DNA of 64,000 nucleotides, from positions 1 to 64,000 of IMG/VR virus record IMGVR_UViG_3300026519_000001; one strand, 5' to 3'. Position numbers and translations under genes: made by a program. Under the pieces are notes generated by a model, which did not search any database, was not told the DNA's origin, and saw only the letters and a list, made by a program, of their open reading frames with translations. The stretch's first letter is position 1, and each line of letters opens with the position of its first letter. The stretch comes from a virus. Positions 26,401-37,150 of this stretch are shown piece after piece.

Positions 26401-29400
26401 CTCATTAACTCTTTAAGTAGCATTTTATAAAACAATTCTCTATTAGTTATTTCACCTGTAATACTATTGAGTCCTAATTCTTTTTCAAGTTTATCTTTAC
26501 CCATATCAGATAAATCTGATAATAATCTAACTATATTTTCTATTCTTTGAGCACCTGTTTGTCCTCTATAATCTTTATTAACTTGAATATCTTTTATAAT
26601 ATTCTTTTTCATTTGACTACCTAACAAAGTATTTTTAATACCTTTAGGGGATAAATCTTGTTGTAACTTCCAAGAATGATTATTTAATTTCATTACATGA
26701 AAATTCATTTTATCTTTATAAGTATTATCTTCATTAAGAATATCAGAAGTAGTAATAGCTCCAACTTTAACTCCAGATAAAGCAACGGATTCATCTATGC
26801 CATTCTTAACCATTTGGTTGTATAATTTCTCAATACCAAATTCTTTAATATTTTGAGTTGATAGTACAGTTTGAGAATATTTTAAATAGGTGGGTCTACC
26901 TTTAATTACATCAAAATAAACTCCTTTAACTGGCTGTGCAGCATAATTATAATCTTCTACTGTAGCAGTACCATCTTTCATCTTTTTATAGGCATTCTCG
27001 AAGTTATCATCCCACTTATGTAACCTCTCTTGTATAAACTTCCATCTATCCAAAGTAATCCAACCCTGAGCATCTGTAGCATCTACATTCTTATAAAGTT
27101 CAGTATTAACAAATACATCAGGCAAAACAGCAACATTAAATGTAGCATTATCTCCTGGTTTTAAGTTAAGAAGTACACCATCAGAATAAGTAGCGGGTAC
27201 TCTTTTACTATAGTCATCAAAAGTTTTATAATAAGAATAATCTCCTGAAAACACTTTAGAGTATTCTATATTAGAAATATGTTGATTAAATAAGCTATCT
27301 GAAATAAATCTTTGAGTAGCAAATGAATGGTCTCCATTAGCCTCTTGTGTATAAATATCAAGAAGTTGCTTATCAATAAAATTAATAGAACCTTTATTTT
27401 CTGATACTAATCCCTTATCCTGTAACATAGTTACAGAATTATCAAACATGCTTCTCAATTTAGAAATAATTAATTCTTCTAGTTTAGCATTACTTAATAA
27501 ATCATCATCAGATAATAATGGATACAAATAAGCTCCATCATCAGATAGGTTTAATAAAGGAGTTCTAGCATTATTTGAAAAGCTTCTGATAAATTTTTTA
27601 TATTCATCTATAGTTTGTGTTTTTTCATCATAATTAAATTCTGAAAATAATCCAAACTTAAATCCGTTTCCTGCAGGAATCTTTTTGCCATTAAATTCTT
27701 TAAATAAATTTTCATTATCACCATAATGATAATTTTGATATAAATCAGTAGGTAAAGTATTTTCATCTAAAATATGGTCATAAACTTCTCTGCTTCTATT
27801 ATATTCATCTAAGAAATATCCTTTATAAATATTAACAAGTTCTTTTGAAAAAATAACATTACCTTCATCATCAAATTGAAGATTGGTATTTGTAAATATT
27901 TTACTAGTAAAGGATAATAATTTACCTTTATCTGCTGGAGAAGGTGTATTATAAATAGAATAATTATAACCAGCACCTTCCTCTTCTGAACTTGTTTTAA
28001 TTAATATTGCTTTATTAAATAAATCTACAATTTGATCTGTTTGTTGTATAGATTTATTGTCTACCCCTACATCGCCTCCTTCAGTAGTTTTAAGATTAAG
28101 GAAAGTTAACACCTCCATATCATCTAAGTACTTACCTGAATCTTCTTTAAATTTATTAATCCATAAAGAGTTTTTATAAAATGCTGTATCACCTACTTCA
28201 TTTGCTAAATTATTTTTAATCTTTTGTAGTTTAATATTTAGATAATTTGGCAAACTATAAGACCAGTATTTTTTGTTTTCTGGACCTAATACAGTATTTT
28301 CAGATATATCTTTTCTAAACTCACTTTCTAATTTAGCTATTGTTTTAATAAATTTCTTATCTTTTAAAGGATTAGTAAACCCTTTTTTAGTATAAAAATC
28401 TTTTGTAGTACTATCAGCTAATTGAGTAAATATATGACCTATTTCAACCATTGCTTTAATGGTATTGCCATAGACACTATCTTCTTCAAAAGAATCTACA
28501 TAATTTAATAGTGTAGAATTGTTTACATTAAAGTTAATCTTACTTAAAAATTTATCTATATTTTCTGTTACTTTATTTAAGTTATTATTAGTAAAGTTCT
28601 TTTTATTGTTATTAGCTCTTACTTTTGTAAAATAACTTGCGTATTTATTTTTAAGTTCTTGGGCAAGTGTTTGGTTGTATATATTTTTAGTATTATCAAA
28701 TAATATGGATGAACTCAATCCATTAATCATTTCTTTTTTAACCTTATTAAATCTTGAATTAACATCTCCTGAATTAAAGAATGTCATTTTTATTCCTTCG
28801 TCAGAACGAGCAATTGTAGTAGTATAGAAATTAACCTTACTTTTAGAGAATGCATGAACAAATTGATTCTTTTTATTTTCACTAAGAGGCTCAATTAAGT
28901 TTTCAATAGCATCTATAACAGTAGGGTTATGATTTATATTAGCAACTTCTACTCCATTAACAAATTTATTAACAGCATATTTATTTCTTAGTGTTGTTAT
29001 CATTTCATCAAACACATCGGTAACGTATTTCCCATTAGCATAAGGTAAAATATCAGATAATGTTTCCTCGAAATAATTCCATATTTCATTGAAATCATTA
29101 TAAACAACTAGTTCTACATCCTCACCAAGTGTCTCTATTTTAACTGTCTCTAATTCTATTTCTCCTTGTTGGTTAATATTAAACTTAGGCACAAAAGACA
29201 ATAAGAATTTAATATTAGCTGATGCATTATCTTTAGAGTTTTTTTCAAAAGATTGCTGTAATTCTAAATTAGAATTTGATTCAACAATATCTTGACTTAT
29301 TCCAGAATCTAATGCCTCCTCTTTATCCGTAATCTCTAAAGAAGAAATACCTATATATTGTCTAATTAATTCTTCTAAATCTTGTAATGAAGAATGGTCT

Positions 29401-29846
29401 CCATCAAATATTATATAAGCAGCATTTGGATTATCTTTACTGGTTTCAGGTTTATATAAATCACTAAAGTTAAAAGAATCTATATCTTTTTTAGAAGTAA
29501 CTTGACCACCAAATAAATATTCAATTGAAGTACTAACTAATGCTTTACGCTGAATATAAGAATAATTTAATAGTTTTTTATCAAGCCAATATTTTGTACC
29601 GTCTTTTAATATAAAATACTTCCTTCTATAACTATTAGTATATAATAAAGGTTCTCCTGTTGGGCTAATTCTTCCTTTAGTTATTTCATCTCCATTTTGC
29701 CAATCACCAAATCTTTCTGCAAAGTCACCTGAAAGTATAATATTATATACTCTTTCAGATTCTTTCACATTATTACTAAAGTAACTATTAAGCTCTTCTT
29801 GTAATTCAGATGGTTGATTATTTACTGGGTTTATTATGCAATCCAT
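23403..29846 (-). CDS. Virion RNA polymerase (phi14:2 gp66-like, double-psi barrel)
   Basis: Catalytic GSDFDIDK, YRIPNQ and DAQGW motifs; 2147 aa. Confidence 0.92.
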   Translation of the reverse strand: MDCIINPVNNQPSELQEELNSYFSNNVKESERVYNIILSGDFAERFGDWQNGDEITKGRISPTGEPLLYTNSYRRKYFILKDGTKYWLDKKLLNYSYIQRKALVSTSIEYLFGGQVTSKKDIDSFNFSDLYKPETSKDNPNAAYIIFDGDHSSLQDLEELIRQYIGISSLEITDKEEALDSGISQDIVESNSNLELQQSFEKNSKDNASANIKFLLSFVPKFNINQQGEIELETVKIETLGEDVELVVYNDFNEIWNYFEETLSDILPYANGKYVTDVFDEMITTLRNKYAVNKFVNGVEVANINHNPTVIDAIENLIEPLSENKKNQFVHAFSKSKVNFYTTTIARSDEGIKMTFFNSGDVNSRFNKVKKEMINGLSSSILFDNTKNIYNQTLAQELKNKYASYFTKVRANNNKKNFTNNNLNKVTENIDKFLSKINFNVNNSTLLNYVDSFEEDSVYGNTIKAMVEIGHIFTQLADSTTKDFYTKKGFTNPLKDKKFIKTIAKLESEFRKDISENTVLGPENKKYWSYSLPNYLNIKLQKIKNNLANEVGDTAFYKNSLWINKFKEDSGKYLDDMEVLTFLNLKTTEGGDVGVDNKSIQQTDQIVDLFNKAILIKTSSEEEGAGYNYSIYNTPSPADKGKLLSFTSKIFTNTNLQFDDEGNVIFSKELVNIYKGYFLDEYNRSREVYDHILDENTLPTDLYQNYHYGDNENLFKEFNGKKIPAGNGFKFGLFSEFNYDEKTQTIDEYKKFIRSFSNNARTPLLNLSDDGAYLYPLLSDDDLLSNAKLEELIISKLRSMFDNSVTMLQDKGLVSENKGSINFIDKQLLDIYTQEANGDHSFATQRFISDSLFNQHISNIEYSKVFSGDYSYYKTFDDYSKRVPATYSDGVLLNLKPGDNATFNVAVLPDVFVNTELYKNVDATDAQGWITLDRWKFIQERLHKWDDNFENAYKKMKDGTATVEDYNYAAQPVKGVYFDVIKGRPTYLKYSQTVLSTQNIKEFGIEKLYNQMVKNGIDESVALSGVKVGAITTSDILNEDNTYKDKMNFHVMKLNNHSWKLQQDLSPKGIKNTLLGSQMKKNIIKDIQVNKDYRGQTGAQRIENIVRLLSDLSDMGKDKLEKELGLNSITGEITNRELFYKMLLKELMSNGSDINSIEALKKEYPLDLILTNRIKFQNLISSMVNNATVKLKTNGGSFIQMSSFGWDIKDAKKTGVKMLVDESKLKAPRVKTINGKKTVLPGQIFISHQEITKYIPNYTELSMEELNAKIDKKLLTVIGYRIPNQDLASNDALEIVGILPIGMGDTVIPYIDITKKTGSDFDIDKMYIMMPHMKVNRNKSTYAKARQFLARRFRGKTQEETISNMLQLLEDYNIDSISPDNELEIVNSILFATNEKIRKDVEIEVIEEIVFGNNELNKEYTEEFGLDDVISLEFYTDDSIPTKKGLENKLLTEFEEILTSHVNFKNLVTAIDNDFLKNDIKLLHGDGIVDSFEFFSPIHQMTKKFDNSAGKTGTGITANHSVDHAFAQIAGLEMNVDLGVGNVKNGKSLFNQIYDNQTGRNRTRISEVLSWFLTAYVDIAKDPYITRGNHNSVTSNVIFMLLRNGTSLSWLNRFVGQESIKKFVQLELNKDSKFNPNKKSSFKTVEADIKNKLQSLSKLTGIDFDNYYNSISEKLENIILLGDGIRKNDSFSNKSMENNIINKVDNLTYWENQLKYLHAFKAYNELGSKFNDTVIYSKADVNGSPSNIAALYTYKQGYKEMFKYKNANDEILFTGLAEKFTNTFLESTHENSIEVADKIFEKEMVTYSTVFGKRVLEAFYNANNKKPGFKAEFAGLESHLFGFIASKSSFFSLESKEVNNMFRGNNTMQSKVIEGREKHKDNLLLNNLIPFTQDGLQFISIDNLTNKPNSYKDDLMRAWDDLQEIDPDLSEDLLKYSYVTSNFSFNSQSFFEFAPHQLVKTVLEGSVEYFKNDNSSNTFIADFLETYSRNNSKNVTEFEFKTKYEKTGYSILDSKKFSNNLIIGEGTTGVNFIKSKQDVLFQKIGNLNVNVFVYKKIEKLGYSKKGYYIYENYLNESTIFESNKIKNAPSIQENVNKYILDETKWSNPSNNINIGVDKINYMSTSRQEQDQAIQRGLDNGLFQEICN

Positions 29847-29856
29847 TCTTTATTAT

Positions 29857-32800
29857 TTAGCACTTCCTTCTTTTTATTTTATCAACTTTAGACTGCATGT
29901 TCTTTCTCAATCTATCCATTTCTTTACTAATAACTTTTTTATCTCCTACTACTACATTTTTAATTCTATCTTTCATATCTTCTTTCTTTTCAGCAACAGT
30001 AGTCTTTTTAATTGACTTTTCCAAGTTATTTGTAATATGATTTGCTATATAAATAGCTTTTGTTTTATATCTATTTATAGGATTAGTTGAATCAGTAGCA
30101 TCTGATTGAAATATATTACCTGTTTGATCAATAGTTACATCAGTATTAATAACCTGATTATCAATCATAAGATTTTTATACTTAGGATCTGATAATTTAT
30201 TTACATTTACTGTTCTAGATTTAAATTGCTCAAGAAACTTTTGGAAATTAATCATTTTAATTGGATTTCCCAACTCCGCTAATGTAAGAGAATCTTCTCC
30301 AAAGTTAAGAACTCCTTTATTATAATATAATTGTGTAGCAGGATTATTTAATGTGTTAGTGCCATTAAATATTAAATGGTCTAATACTTCACTAACTTTA
30401 ACATTCTCTCCTAAAAATGCTTTATCTATTTGAGGCAATAAATCATAAAGTTCTGATGATTCACTCATTAGGCTATCTTTATAATTAACCTTCCCTGGTG
30501 TAGCAGGGCTAATTATATTAGTATATATACCAATTATTAAAGCAGTTTCATTTTTTGATAATTTTCTAAGGTTAAGTTTTATAGGTATCTTAGAACCATT
30601 AGGGGATTTAACTTCTGTAAACAAAGCCCCAGCCCAAGGAATATTAGCTTTTTTAACATTAATTACACTATTATAGTCTGTATTAATATCTTTAGTATCA
30701 GCATCATATAAATGACCTTCTTTATTAACATACATTAATTTTACATCAGAAGCTGATTCGAATCCACTTATTTCTAATACATTTTTAGAGATGCCATCTG
30801 ATTTAAAAATACCTGAATATTGGTATTTAATTTTACCTTTGGGCTTCTTACCATCTCTTAAAGCATCTATAATTTGACCTCTAAGTTGCCTTTCGGCTTT
30901 ACCTCCTGTACCCCATTGACCATTACTTTGTTTTCTAGGTTTAAATAAATAAGTGTACATTTCGGAATCGCCATTAATTACTACTTTAATAGCTAATTCA
31001 TTAAGTACTTCTTCAGTTTTTTTACCTTCTTTATAAGCTCTTAATACATCGAAATTAGTTATATCTTCATCAACTACAAATTCAATAGGAATATTTGTTT
31101 TATCATTATTACTAGCCAAAAACTCCATGAATTTAGGAGACTTTGGATTATTAAAAGAAATTTTAACATCAGTTTCTGTATTTGTTTTTGAATTGGATGA
31201 CTGACTATTCTTAATAATAGTTTTAGCCATTGTATCAAGACTGTCATCATTCCAATTTTGAAGATTGGTTATATCTTCATTCGTGCTTGCTGCTTCGTTA
31301 ACTTCAACTTTTTTATTGGAGAATACAGGCTTAACTCCTTGTTCAATAGCATCTTCCTGATCCTTATCAGTTATATCTCTTTTAAATTGTTCTGCTTCAT
31401 TTTGTGACAATAAACCATCTCGAACTTTATTATCAAATATCCCATTTATTTGATCTTCTGGAAGCACACCCATCATGCTTTTATTAACAAAATCCTCTAT
31501 TTGTTGATTTGTCATATCAACTTCTTTTGGTATATTTTGTATATCAGAAGGATTACCTATTTTCGGACCAGTATCTGGTATTTGTGCTTCTATAGGAGGC
31601 TGTGGGTTCACACCTTCATCTTTTGCTTGTTCAAATTGAGCTAATGGATTTTCATCTTGAATAGTTGGAGTTGGTGTTACATTTGAAGGAGCTCCTGGTT
31701 TCTTCGATTTAATATTATCCTCTTTAACTTTTTTAATTATTTTATCAACTCCACCTTTTTCTTCTATTCCTTCATTATCAACTACATTATTAAGTTCAGA
31801 TTCTAAAGTTTTTATTTTTATATTTAAATTATCTTTAATATGATCTCCTTTAAGTTTTGTTCTAGCAAGTCTAAGCAACTTAATTTTATCTTCTGTTAAA
31901 ATAGAAGGAGACATTACATTTTCCTTAATGTACTCCATTACACTTTGATTATTTTTATTTTTAAATTGATCTGTAGCTCTATCAATTTCCATTAAGGTCT
32001 TATCAAAATCTTTTATATCAAAGTTGATGTTTTTATATTCTTGAACAATTTCAGATTCATACATAAATTCCACAAAATGATCTGAAAGTTCTTTGTCTTT
32101 ATTATTTAAATATTCATCAAATGTAAATTGAGTTTCAAAAATATTATTATAACTTGTTATTCTTTTTGATATTTCTGATAAAAGTTTTGATTGACCCTTT
32201 TCTAATATATTTTTTCCAGAATCATTAAGTTTCCTTTCTATAGAAAGTGCCATTAATTCATCACTGGTACTATATTTTCGTAAATTTAAATATTCTTTCT
32301 CTAGTGCATCTAATTTACTAATTTGTTTATCAATATTTTTGATTACTTCTGGAGTTACTCTCTCTGCTTCTTTAAGCTCATTAATTTGTTCTCTAAGATT
32401 TTGAGTAGTACCCATTGAAAAATTCCTTACAGCAATCATTGCAAAAGAATAATCATTAGTTATTTCATTAGCTTCATTTGCTGTTATTTCATTTACATCT
32501 TCTAAACTTTCCTCTGTTAATTTTTTAAATATACTTTTATATAGTGTTTGGTCTATATAATCTTTATTTTTAACAAATTCCTGTTGTTGCGAAGTAAAAT
32601 GCTCCATTCGAGACTTGTTAATCTTTTTCTGAAAAGGAGCTTGTGTAATAGCATATTGCACTGGTCCACCAAACATTCCCATAGCACCTTCTAAAAGTGC
32701 TTGCTCTGACATGGCAAATTCAGTAAACCTTTCACTTAAAGTCATATCTTCTAATCTCTTATCAGATGTAACGTATCCTTTTGAAGCTAGGGATTTTCTA

Positions 32801-33903
32801 GTTTGAAATATACCCTCCATTTGAATTACATTTTGACCAATTTCTTCAAATGCTTCTTTAGGGGCATTAAGTGCTTGAGATTTAGCAAAAGCTCCGAAAC
32901 TAGGCTTTTTTACTAATTTATTAGTTATACCTAAACCAGTAGCTTTAAACATACTATTTAACTGCATATAATCAGTTCCAATGAATAGTTTATTTCTAAG
33001 CATAAAAGCATTAGCTTGTTTTCCAGCATTTACCTTAGCTTGAAATTCAAATTCTTTTAACTCTTCTGCAGAAGGAGTATCAGTTTCATTAAGTCCTAAT
33101 TCAAAATCAGCTTTGTATTTATCTAAATATAATTGATAATTCTCTTTTGTTGCCTTTTCATATAACTCCAAACCCATCATCTTACCCTCACCAAAATTAG
33201 TGATATAAGCAGTAGTTAATCTGCCTGCAACTCCACTTTCTAATCCCTTAGCAGTAGCATTTACAGCTCTACCTATCATATTAGTATAAGCTCCAAGTCT
33301 ACTTAATCTTAAGGCACTACCCACAGCTTTAACAGCAGCACCAGCTCCCATTCCAGTTAAGCCAAATCCAGTTGCACTATCAACTACACCTCTAAATGAT
33401 TCCCAATAGAAAGCACTATCATTAAAATCAATTATTTTACTTGGATCTTTTCTATAAATAGGTAGATATTCATTAAGTAATTTCTCTTTTGATTCTTTGA
33501 AAAAAGTTGCTGCTGCACTAGATTCCATTACATTAAGATTGTCATCTTTAGAAAAGTAAGTTGAAGCTGTTTTAATATTTTCAGGAATATCTAATATATT
33601 GCTTATTGTTTCACCTGCTGTTAGTAATCCACTAGCAAGACCACCAAGTATTGCATTGGAAGCTTGATGTAACCAAGGTTGCCTTTCGGATCTGATTTTA
33701 GCTAAATTATCCACTAATGCTAATGGCACTCCCACATCGAATTGGGAATCACCAATACCTGTGATACCTACATTAAATCTCCCTCCTATTTTAGACTTAT
33801 CATAGTTTCTTCTTATAGGTGACATCTGTGGAATTACAGGTCCATTACCATTTACTGGATTAGAACTCCTAATAGGAGATATTTTTTTTATTGGCGCTCC
33901 CAT
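29857..33903 (-). CDS. Large virion cargo/ejection protein
   Basis: Gly/Ala-rich hydrophobic segments, coiled coils, position next to RNAP. Confidence 0.65.
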   Translation of the reverse strand: MGAPIKKISPIRSSNPVNGNGPVIPQMSPIRRNYDKSKIGGRFNVGITGIGDSQFDVGVPLALVDNLAKIRSERQPWLHQASNAILGGLASGLLTAGETISNILDIPENIKTASTYFSKDDNLNVMESSAAATFFKESKEKLLNEYLPIYRKDPSKIIDFNDSAFYWESFRGVVDSATGFGLTGMGAGAAVKAVGSALRLSRLGAYTNMIGRAVNATAKGLESGVAGRLTTAYITNFGEGKMMGLELYEKATKENYQLYLDKYKADFELGLNETDTPSAEELKEFEFQAKVNAGKQANAFMLRNKLFIGTDYMQLNSMFKATGLGITNKLVKKPSFGAFAKSQALNAPKEAFEEIGQNVIQMEGIFQTRKSLASKGYVTSDKRLEDMTLSERFTEFAMSEQALLEGAMGMFGGPVQYAITQAPFQKKINKSRMEHFTSQQQEFVKNKDYIDQTLYKSIFKKLTEESLEDVNEITANEANEITNDYSFAMIAVRNFSMGTTQNLREQINELKEAERVTPEVIKNIDKQISKLDALEKEYLNLRKYSTSDELMALSIERKLNDSGKNILEKGQSKLLSEISKRITSYNNIFETQFTFDEYLNNKDKELSDHFVEFMYESEIVQEYKNINFDIKDFDKTLMEIDRATDQFKNKNNQSVMEYIKENVMSPSILTEDKIKLLRLARTKLKGDHIKDNLNIKIKTLESELNNVVDNEGIEEKGGVDKIIKKVKEDNIKSKKPGAPSNVTPTPTIQDENPLAQFEQAKDEGVNPQPPIEAQIPDTGPKIGNPSDIQNIPKEVDMTNQQIEDFVNKSMMGVLPEDQINGIFDNKVRDGLLSQNEAEQFKRDITDKDQEDAIEQGVKPVFSNKKVEVNEAASTNEDITNLQNWNDDSLDTMAKTIIKNSQSSNSKTNTETDVKISFNNPKSPKFMEFLASNNDKTNIPIEFVVDEDITNFDVLRAYKEGKKTEEVLNELAIKVVINGDSEMYTYLFKPRKQSNGQWGTGGKAERQLRGQIIDALRDGKKPKGKIKYQYSGIFKSDGISKNVLEISGFESASDVKLMYVNKEGHLYDADTKDINTDYNSVINVKKANIPWAGALFTEVKSPNGSKIPIKLNLRKLSKNETALIIGIYTNIISPATPGKVNYKDSLMSESSELYDLLPQIDKAFLGENVKVSEVLDHLIFNGTNTLNNPATQLYYNKGVLNFGEDSLTLAELGNPIKMINFQKFLEQFKSRTVNVNKLSDPKYKNLMIDNQVINTDVTIDQTGNIFQSDATDSTNPINRYKTKAIYIANHITNNLEKSIKKTTVAEKKEDMKDRIKNVVVGDKKVISKEMDRLRKNMQSKVDKIKRRKC

Positions 33904-33905
33904 TT

Positions 33906-35948
33906 TTAATTTGCTTTCCCTTCCAATTCAAATAAATTTTTCCACTGATTATTTGCATCTCTATCTTCAAGTCTTAATAGCTCTTGTAAGTCATATTGAC
34001 CTAGCACCTCGCCTGTTTTTGCATCTCTACTTTGAAGAAAAACTTTACCTGCTTGAAAATCAGGAACAACATATTCATCTACAACTCTGCCAGCTAATTT
34101 ACCTTGTTCTTCTCCTAATGTTATATTTTCTTCAAGTTTTTTATTGAAATCTCCAGATGCCAATATATTATCTACCCTAGCAGATTTTTCCGTGTCAACA
34201 GTTATTTCTGCAGGTGATTCAACAAATATACCACGTTCCTTACCTTTTTTATCTTTATATCCTACCTCTACCATATTCCCATGCCCGAACACATTCCTAG
34301 TTACAGAAGGGTCAAAAGTATCATAAAATTCTTCTGCTGTTAAGTTCTCGTTTTCTAAAAATTGTTCAAATGTTAGTACCCCTTTCTCAGGGTCAACTAT
34401 TTTAAAACGACTCATTTTACCATGATAAAGATTTTTCGCTTCTTTAGCCACATCAGATGGCAATACCAAGCCCATATTATAGTTAGAACCTATATTTTCA
34501 TAAAAATCATTTACTTGTTTAACTACCTCTTTATATATTTCTTCTCTAGCTTTTTCTCCTCTATTAGATATTTCTCTAGAAACATAATCTTTTAAGTGTT
34601 GATTATCATTTATAAATTTTTGAACTTTAGGATTTGTAGAAGGATTTTCCAACATCTTCTCTTTTTGTTTTATTAATTTATTTACATGCGAATCAAGTAC
34701 TCTAAATTTTGTTCCGTCTTCCTTAGTAGCAAATACATATCTACCGATTTGCTCCAAATCATTTTCTTCGAGCACTTGTGTTCTAAGAGCATCTTCTTTC
34801 CCAAGCAAAGCATCTAAAATCCCATGTTTTTCTTGTCCGAACCTTTCACCATACAAAGGAGATAAAGTCTCAGTATTCATTTTTATACCTGGAATAGAAG
34901 GAGATATAGTCTGCATTGATTTATCTAAACTTCTATTATAGGCAGCAAAACTACTTTTATCAAATATAGTAGATAATTTAGTTTCATCAGTTTGATATGC
35001 TAATGCCCCCGAACTTAATTGTATTCTATTATTTCTTTGCAATTTAGCATACAAATCAACTGCACTTAATTCTTTTATACTATCTATTTGTTTTTTAGTA
35101 TTTTCAGGTGTTGCACCCTCTTGTGCTTCTAATCTTTTCTCAATTTCAGATAACTGCTGTGTTTTCCACTCATTATCTATATTAGGATTAATACCTAATC
35201 CACTATTAATAGCTTGTTGCTTATAGGAATTAGTTATATCTTGCCCCATTATAGATTCTAATCTTGCTTGTATTCTACCAGGGTCAATTCCTTTTGTTTT
35301 ATTTTCTCGTAGAAGCCTATAAAAATGAGGTAAGTTTTTTATTGTACCAACTTCAGCTCCTGCAAAATGACCTTCTGCCTCTAATGTTTTAAAGGCATCA
35401 TTTTCTAATTTTGCTAGTTCTTCGGAAGACATTACCTTAGAGAAAAATGAATTGGGAACTCCTGCTACATTTAATTCTCCATTTTCATCTAAAGAAGAAG
35501 CTCCTTGCTCTGCTAAGTTTTTTTGTAATAAAGCTATGGAAGCCCTATATGATTCAGGATCATCTTTAAAAAATTCTTTTCTTCTTTCAACTTCTTTCTG
35601 AAATGAAGATTTTCTAGCTTCAAGTTTTGATATTTTATCTCTTTCAAGTCTTTTCTTTTGCCCCAACAACTTGATTACTTCTCCTTTTATATCTTGTGAA
35701 AATCCACTTTTAGAAAGTTTATCTATACTATCATTAAAATTCTTTTCAACAGGTGCATATAATTCTTGTGCTAATGCTGAATCTTGTTCTAATACATTAG
35801 CTTGGTTAATAGCATTTTCAGAAGCTACATTAGCAGTTTGATCATGCAGTTGTCTCATTTGTTGAGGTACAAATGCTAATTCTTGAAAATTAATAGGATC
35901 AATTCTATTAATTTGTCTCGGATTATAAAATCTATTAACTACTGCCAT
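33906..35948 (-). CDS. Probable virion cargo protein
   Basis: Helical; located in the cargo cluster. Confidence 0.55.
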   Translation of the reverse strand: MAVVNRFYNPRQINRIDPINFQELAFVPQQMRQLHDQTANVASENAINQANVLEQDSALAQELYAPVEKNFNDSIDKLSKSGFSQDIKGEVIKLLGQKKRLERDKISKLEARKSSFQKEVERRKEFFKDDPESYRASIALLQKNLAEQGASSLDENGELNVAGVPNSFFSKVMSSEELAKLENDAFKTLEAEGHFAGAEVGTIKNLPHFYRLLRENKTKGIDPGRIQARLESIMGQDITNSYKQQAINSGLGINPNIDNEWKTQQLSEIEKRLEAQEGATPENTKKQIDSIKELSAVDLYAKLQRNNRIQLSSGALAYQTDETKLSTIFDKSSFAAYNRSLDKSMQTISPSIPGIKMNTETLSPLYGERFGQEKHGILDALLGKEDALRTQVLEENDLEQIGRYVFATKEDGTKFRVLDSHVNKLIKQKEKMLENPSTNPKVQKFINDNQHLKDYVSREISNRGEKAREEIYKEVVKQVNDFYENIGSNYNMGLVLPSDVAKEAKNLYHGKMSRFKIVDPEKGVLTFEQFLENENLTAEEFYDTFDPSVTRNVFGHGNMVEVGYKDKKGKERGIFVESPAEITVDTEKSARVDNILASGDFNKKLEENITLGEEQGKLAGRVVDEYVVPDFQAGKVFLQSRDAKTGEVLGQYDLQELLRLEDRDANNQWKNLFELEGKAN

Positions 35949-35949
35949 T

Positions 35950-37149
35950 TTATTTATTTTTTCTAACCCCTTTTAATATATCGGATGTTAATTTTAATTC
36001 TTTACTAAAATCCCTTAGATTAACCTCTTTATCTTCTTTAGCCTGCTGTTCAAGTATTGCAATTGCTTCTTCTTCACTAACCCCTGAAAGTTCCATCATT
36101 GTAGAGATAGACTTTGATTTTTGCTCAGGAGTTCCATTTTTATAATTGCCTAGTATGTCATATCCATATAACTTAGATATTCTAGCATTATCAAATATTG
36201 TTTTACCTATTGTTCCTAGATTATTACCTATACTAGATTGTAAATCAGCCCTAGCAGATTCAAATGCAGCAAGATTAGCAGCATCTGCATCATCAGCTCT
36301 TGTATTAATTTGAGAGTTAATTCTAGCTTTGTTCAAGTCTAATCTAGCTATTGAAGTATTTTTGCGTAAATTTAATGCATCTCCCCTAGCTTTTTCGGAA
36401 GCATTTAATTGAGCAGTTTTTCTATCTTCTACTTGTGCCGCCATTCGAGCTTGCCCTATTGATGAAGCTAAATTAGCTGAATTAGCCAATTGATTAGCAA
36501 CAAATGAACCTGCATTACCTCTGGAAGCATTTATATTATTCTGAGCAAATCTAGCAGAAGATTCTATCATTCCTCTTTCAATATTATTAATATCTATATT
36601 TTTAAAATTAGTTTCCCTAGGTTTAAACTTTGATAAAGCTCCTGTTATATCTGCATTAATAGTACGCCTTGGAGTTGGGGCAGCTCGTTCTAATTGTCCT
36701 AATTGTAATCCATCTATAAGTAATGGCGCAGCCTGTAAGCCTAAGCCTAAAATACCACCACCATTACCAAACATATTACCACCATCAGCAAATTTTTCAT
36801 TGTAAGTAGAAGAAGCTGCTCTATTAAAAGTATCTTGCTGTTCAGTAGGTTGGAATCCTACACCTTCATTTCCTGCAGTTGGTGGGGCAGCTTGAAAATT
36901 ATCTTGTTGCTGTGGAATATCACTTTGGAATTGTTGTTGCTGCTTTTCTTGAACTTGCTGTCTAGTAGCTTCTAAGTTAGTTTGTATCTCATTTTTTTGT
37001 TTAATATACTCCTGAGCCTCTTCTAGTGATTTCATTTCACTATTAAGTGCCCTAATAGATATAGGATCAAATCTATCTTTATATGTTTTATTTATTTCTT
37101 CTGCTATTTTAGCAAAAGACATTCCTTTATATTTTTCTTGTAATGCCAT
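35950..37149 (-). CDS. Probable virion cargo protein
   Basis: FADGG motif; Gln/Ala-rich. Confidence 0.6.
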   Translation of the reverse strand: MALQEKYKGMSFAKIAEEINKTYKDRFDPISIRALNSEMKSLEEAQEYIKQKNEIQTNLEATRQQVQEKQQQQFQSDIPQQQDNFQAAPPTAGNEGVGFQPTEQQDTFNRAASSTYNEKFADGGNMFGNGGGILGLGLQAAPLLIDGLQLGQLERAAPTPRRTINADITGALSKFKPRETNFKNIDINNIERGMIESSARFAQNNINASRGNAGSFVANQLANSANLASSIGQARMAAQVEDRKTAQLNASEKARGDALNLRKNTSIARLDLNKARINSQINTRADDADAANLAAFESARADLQSSIGNNLGTIGKTIFDNARISKLYGYDILGNYKNGTPEQKSKSISTMMELSGVSEEEAIAILEQQAKEDKEVNLRDFSKELKLTSDILKGVRKNK

Positions 37150-37150
37150 A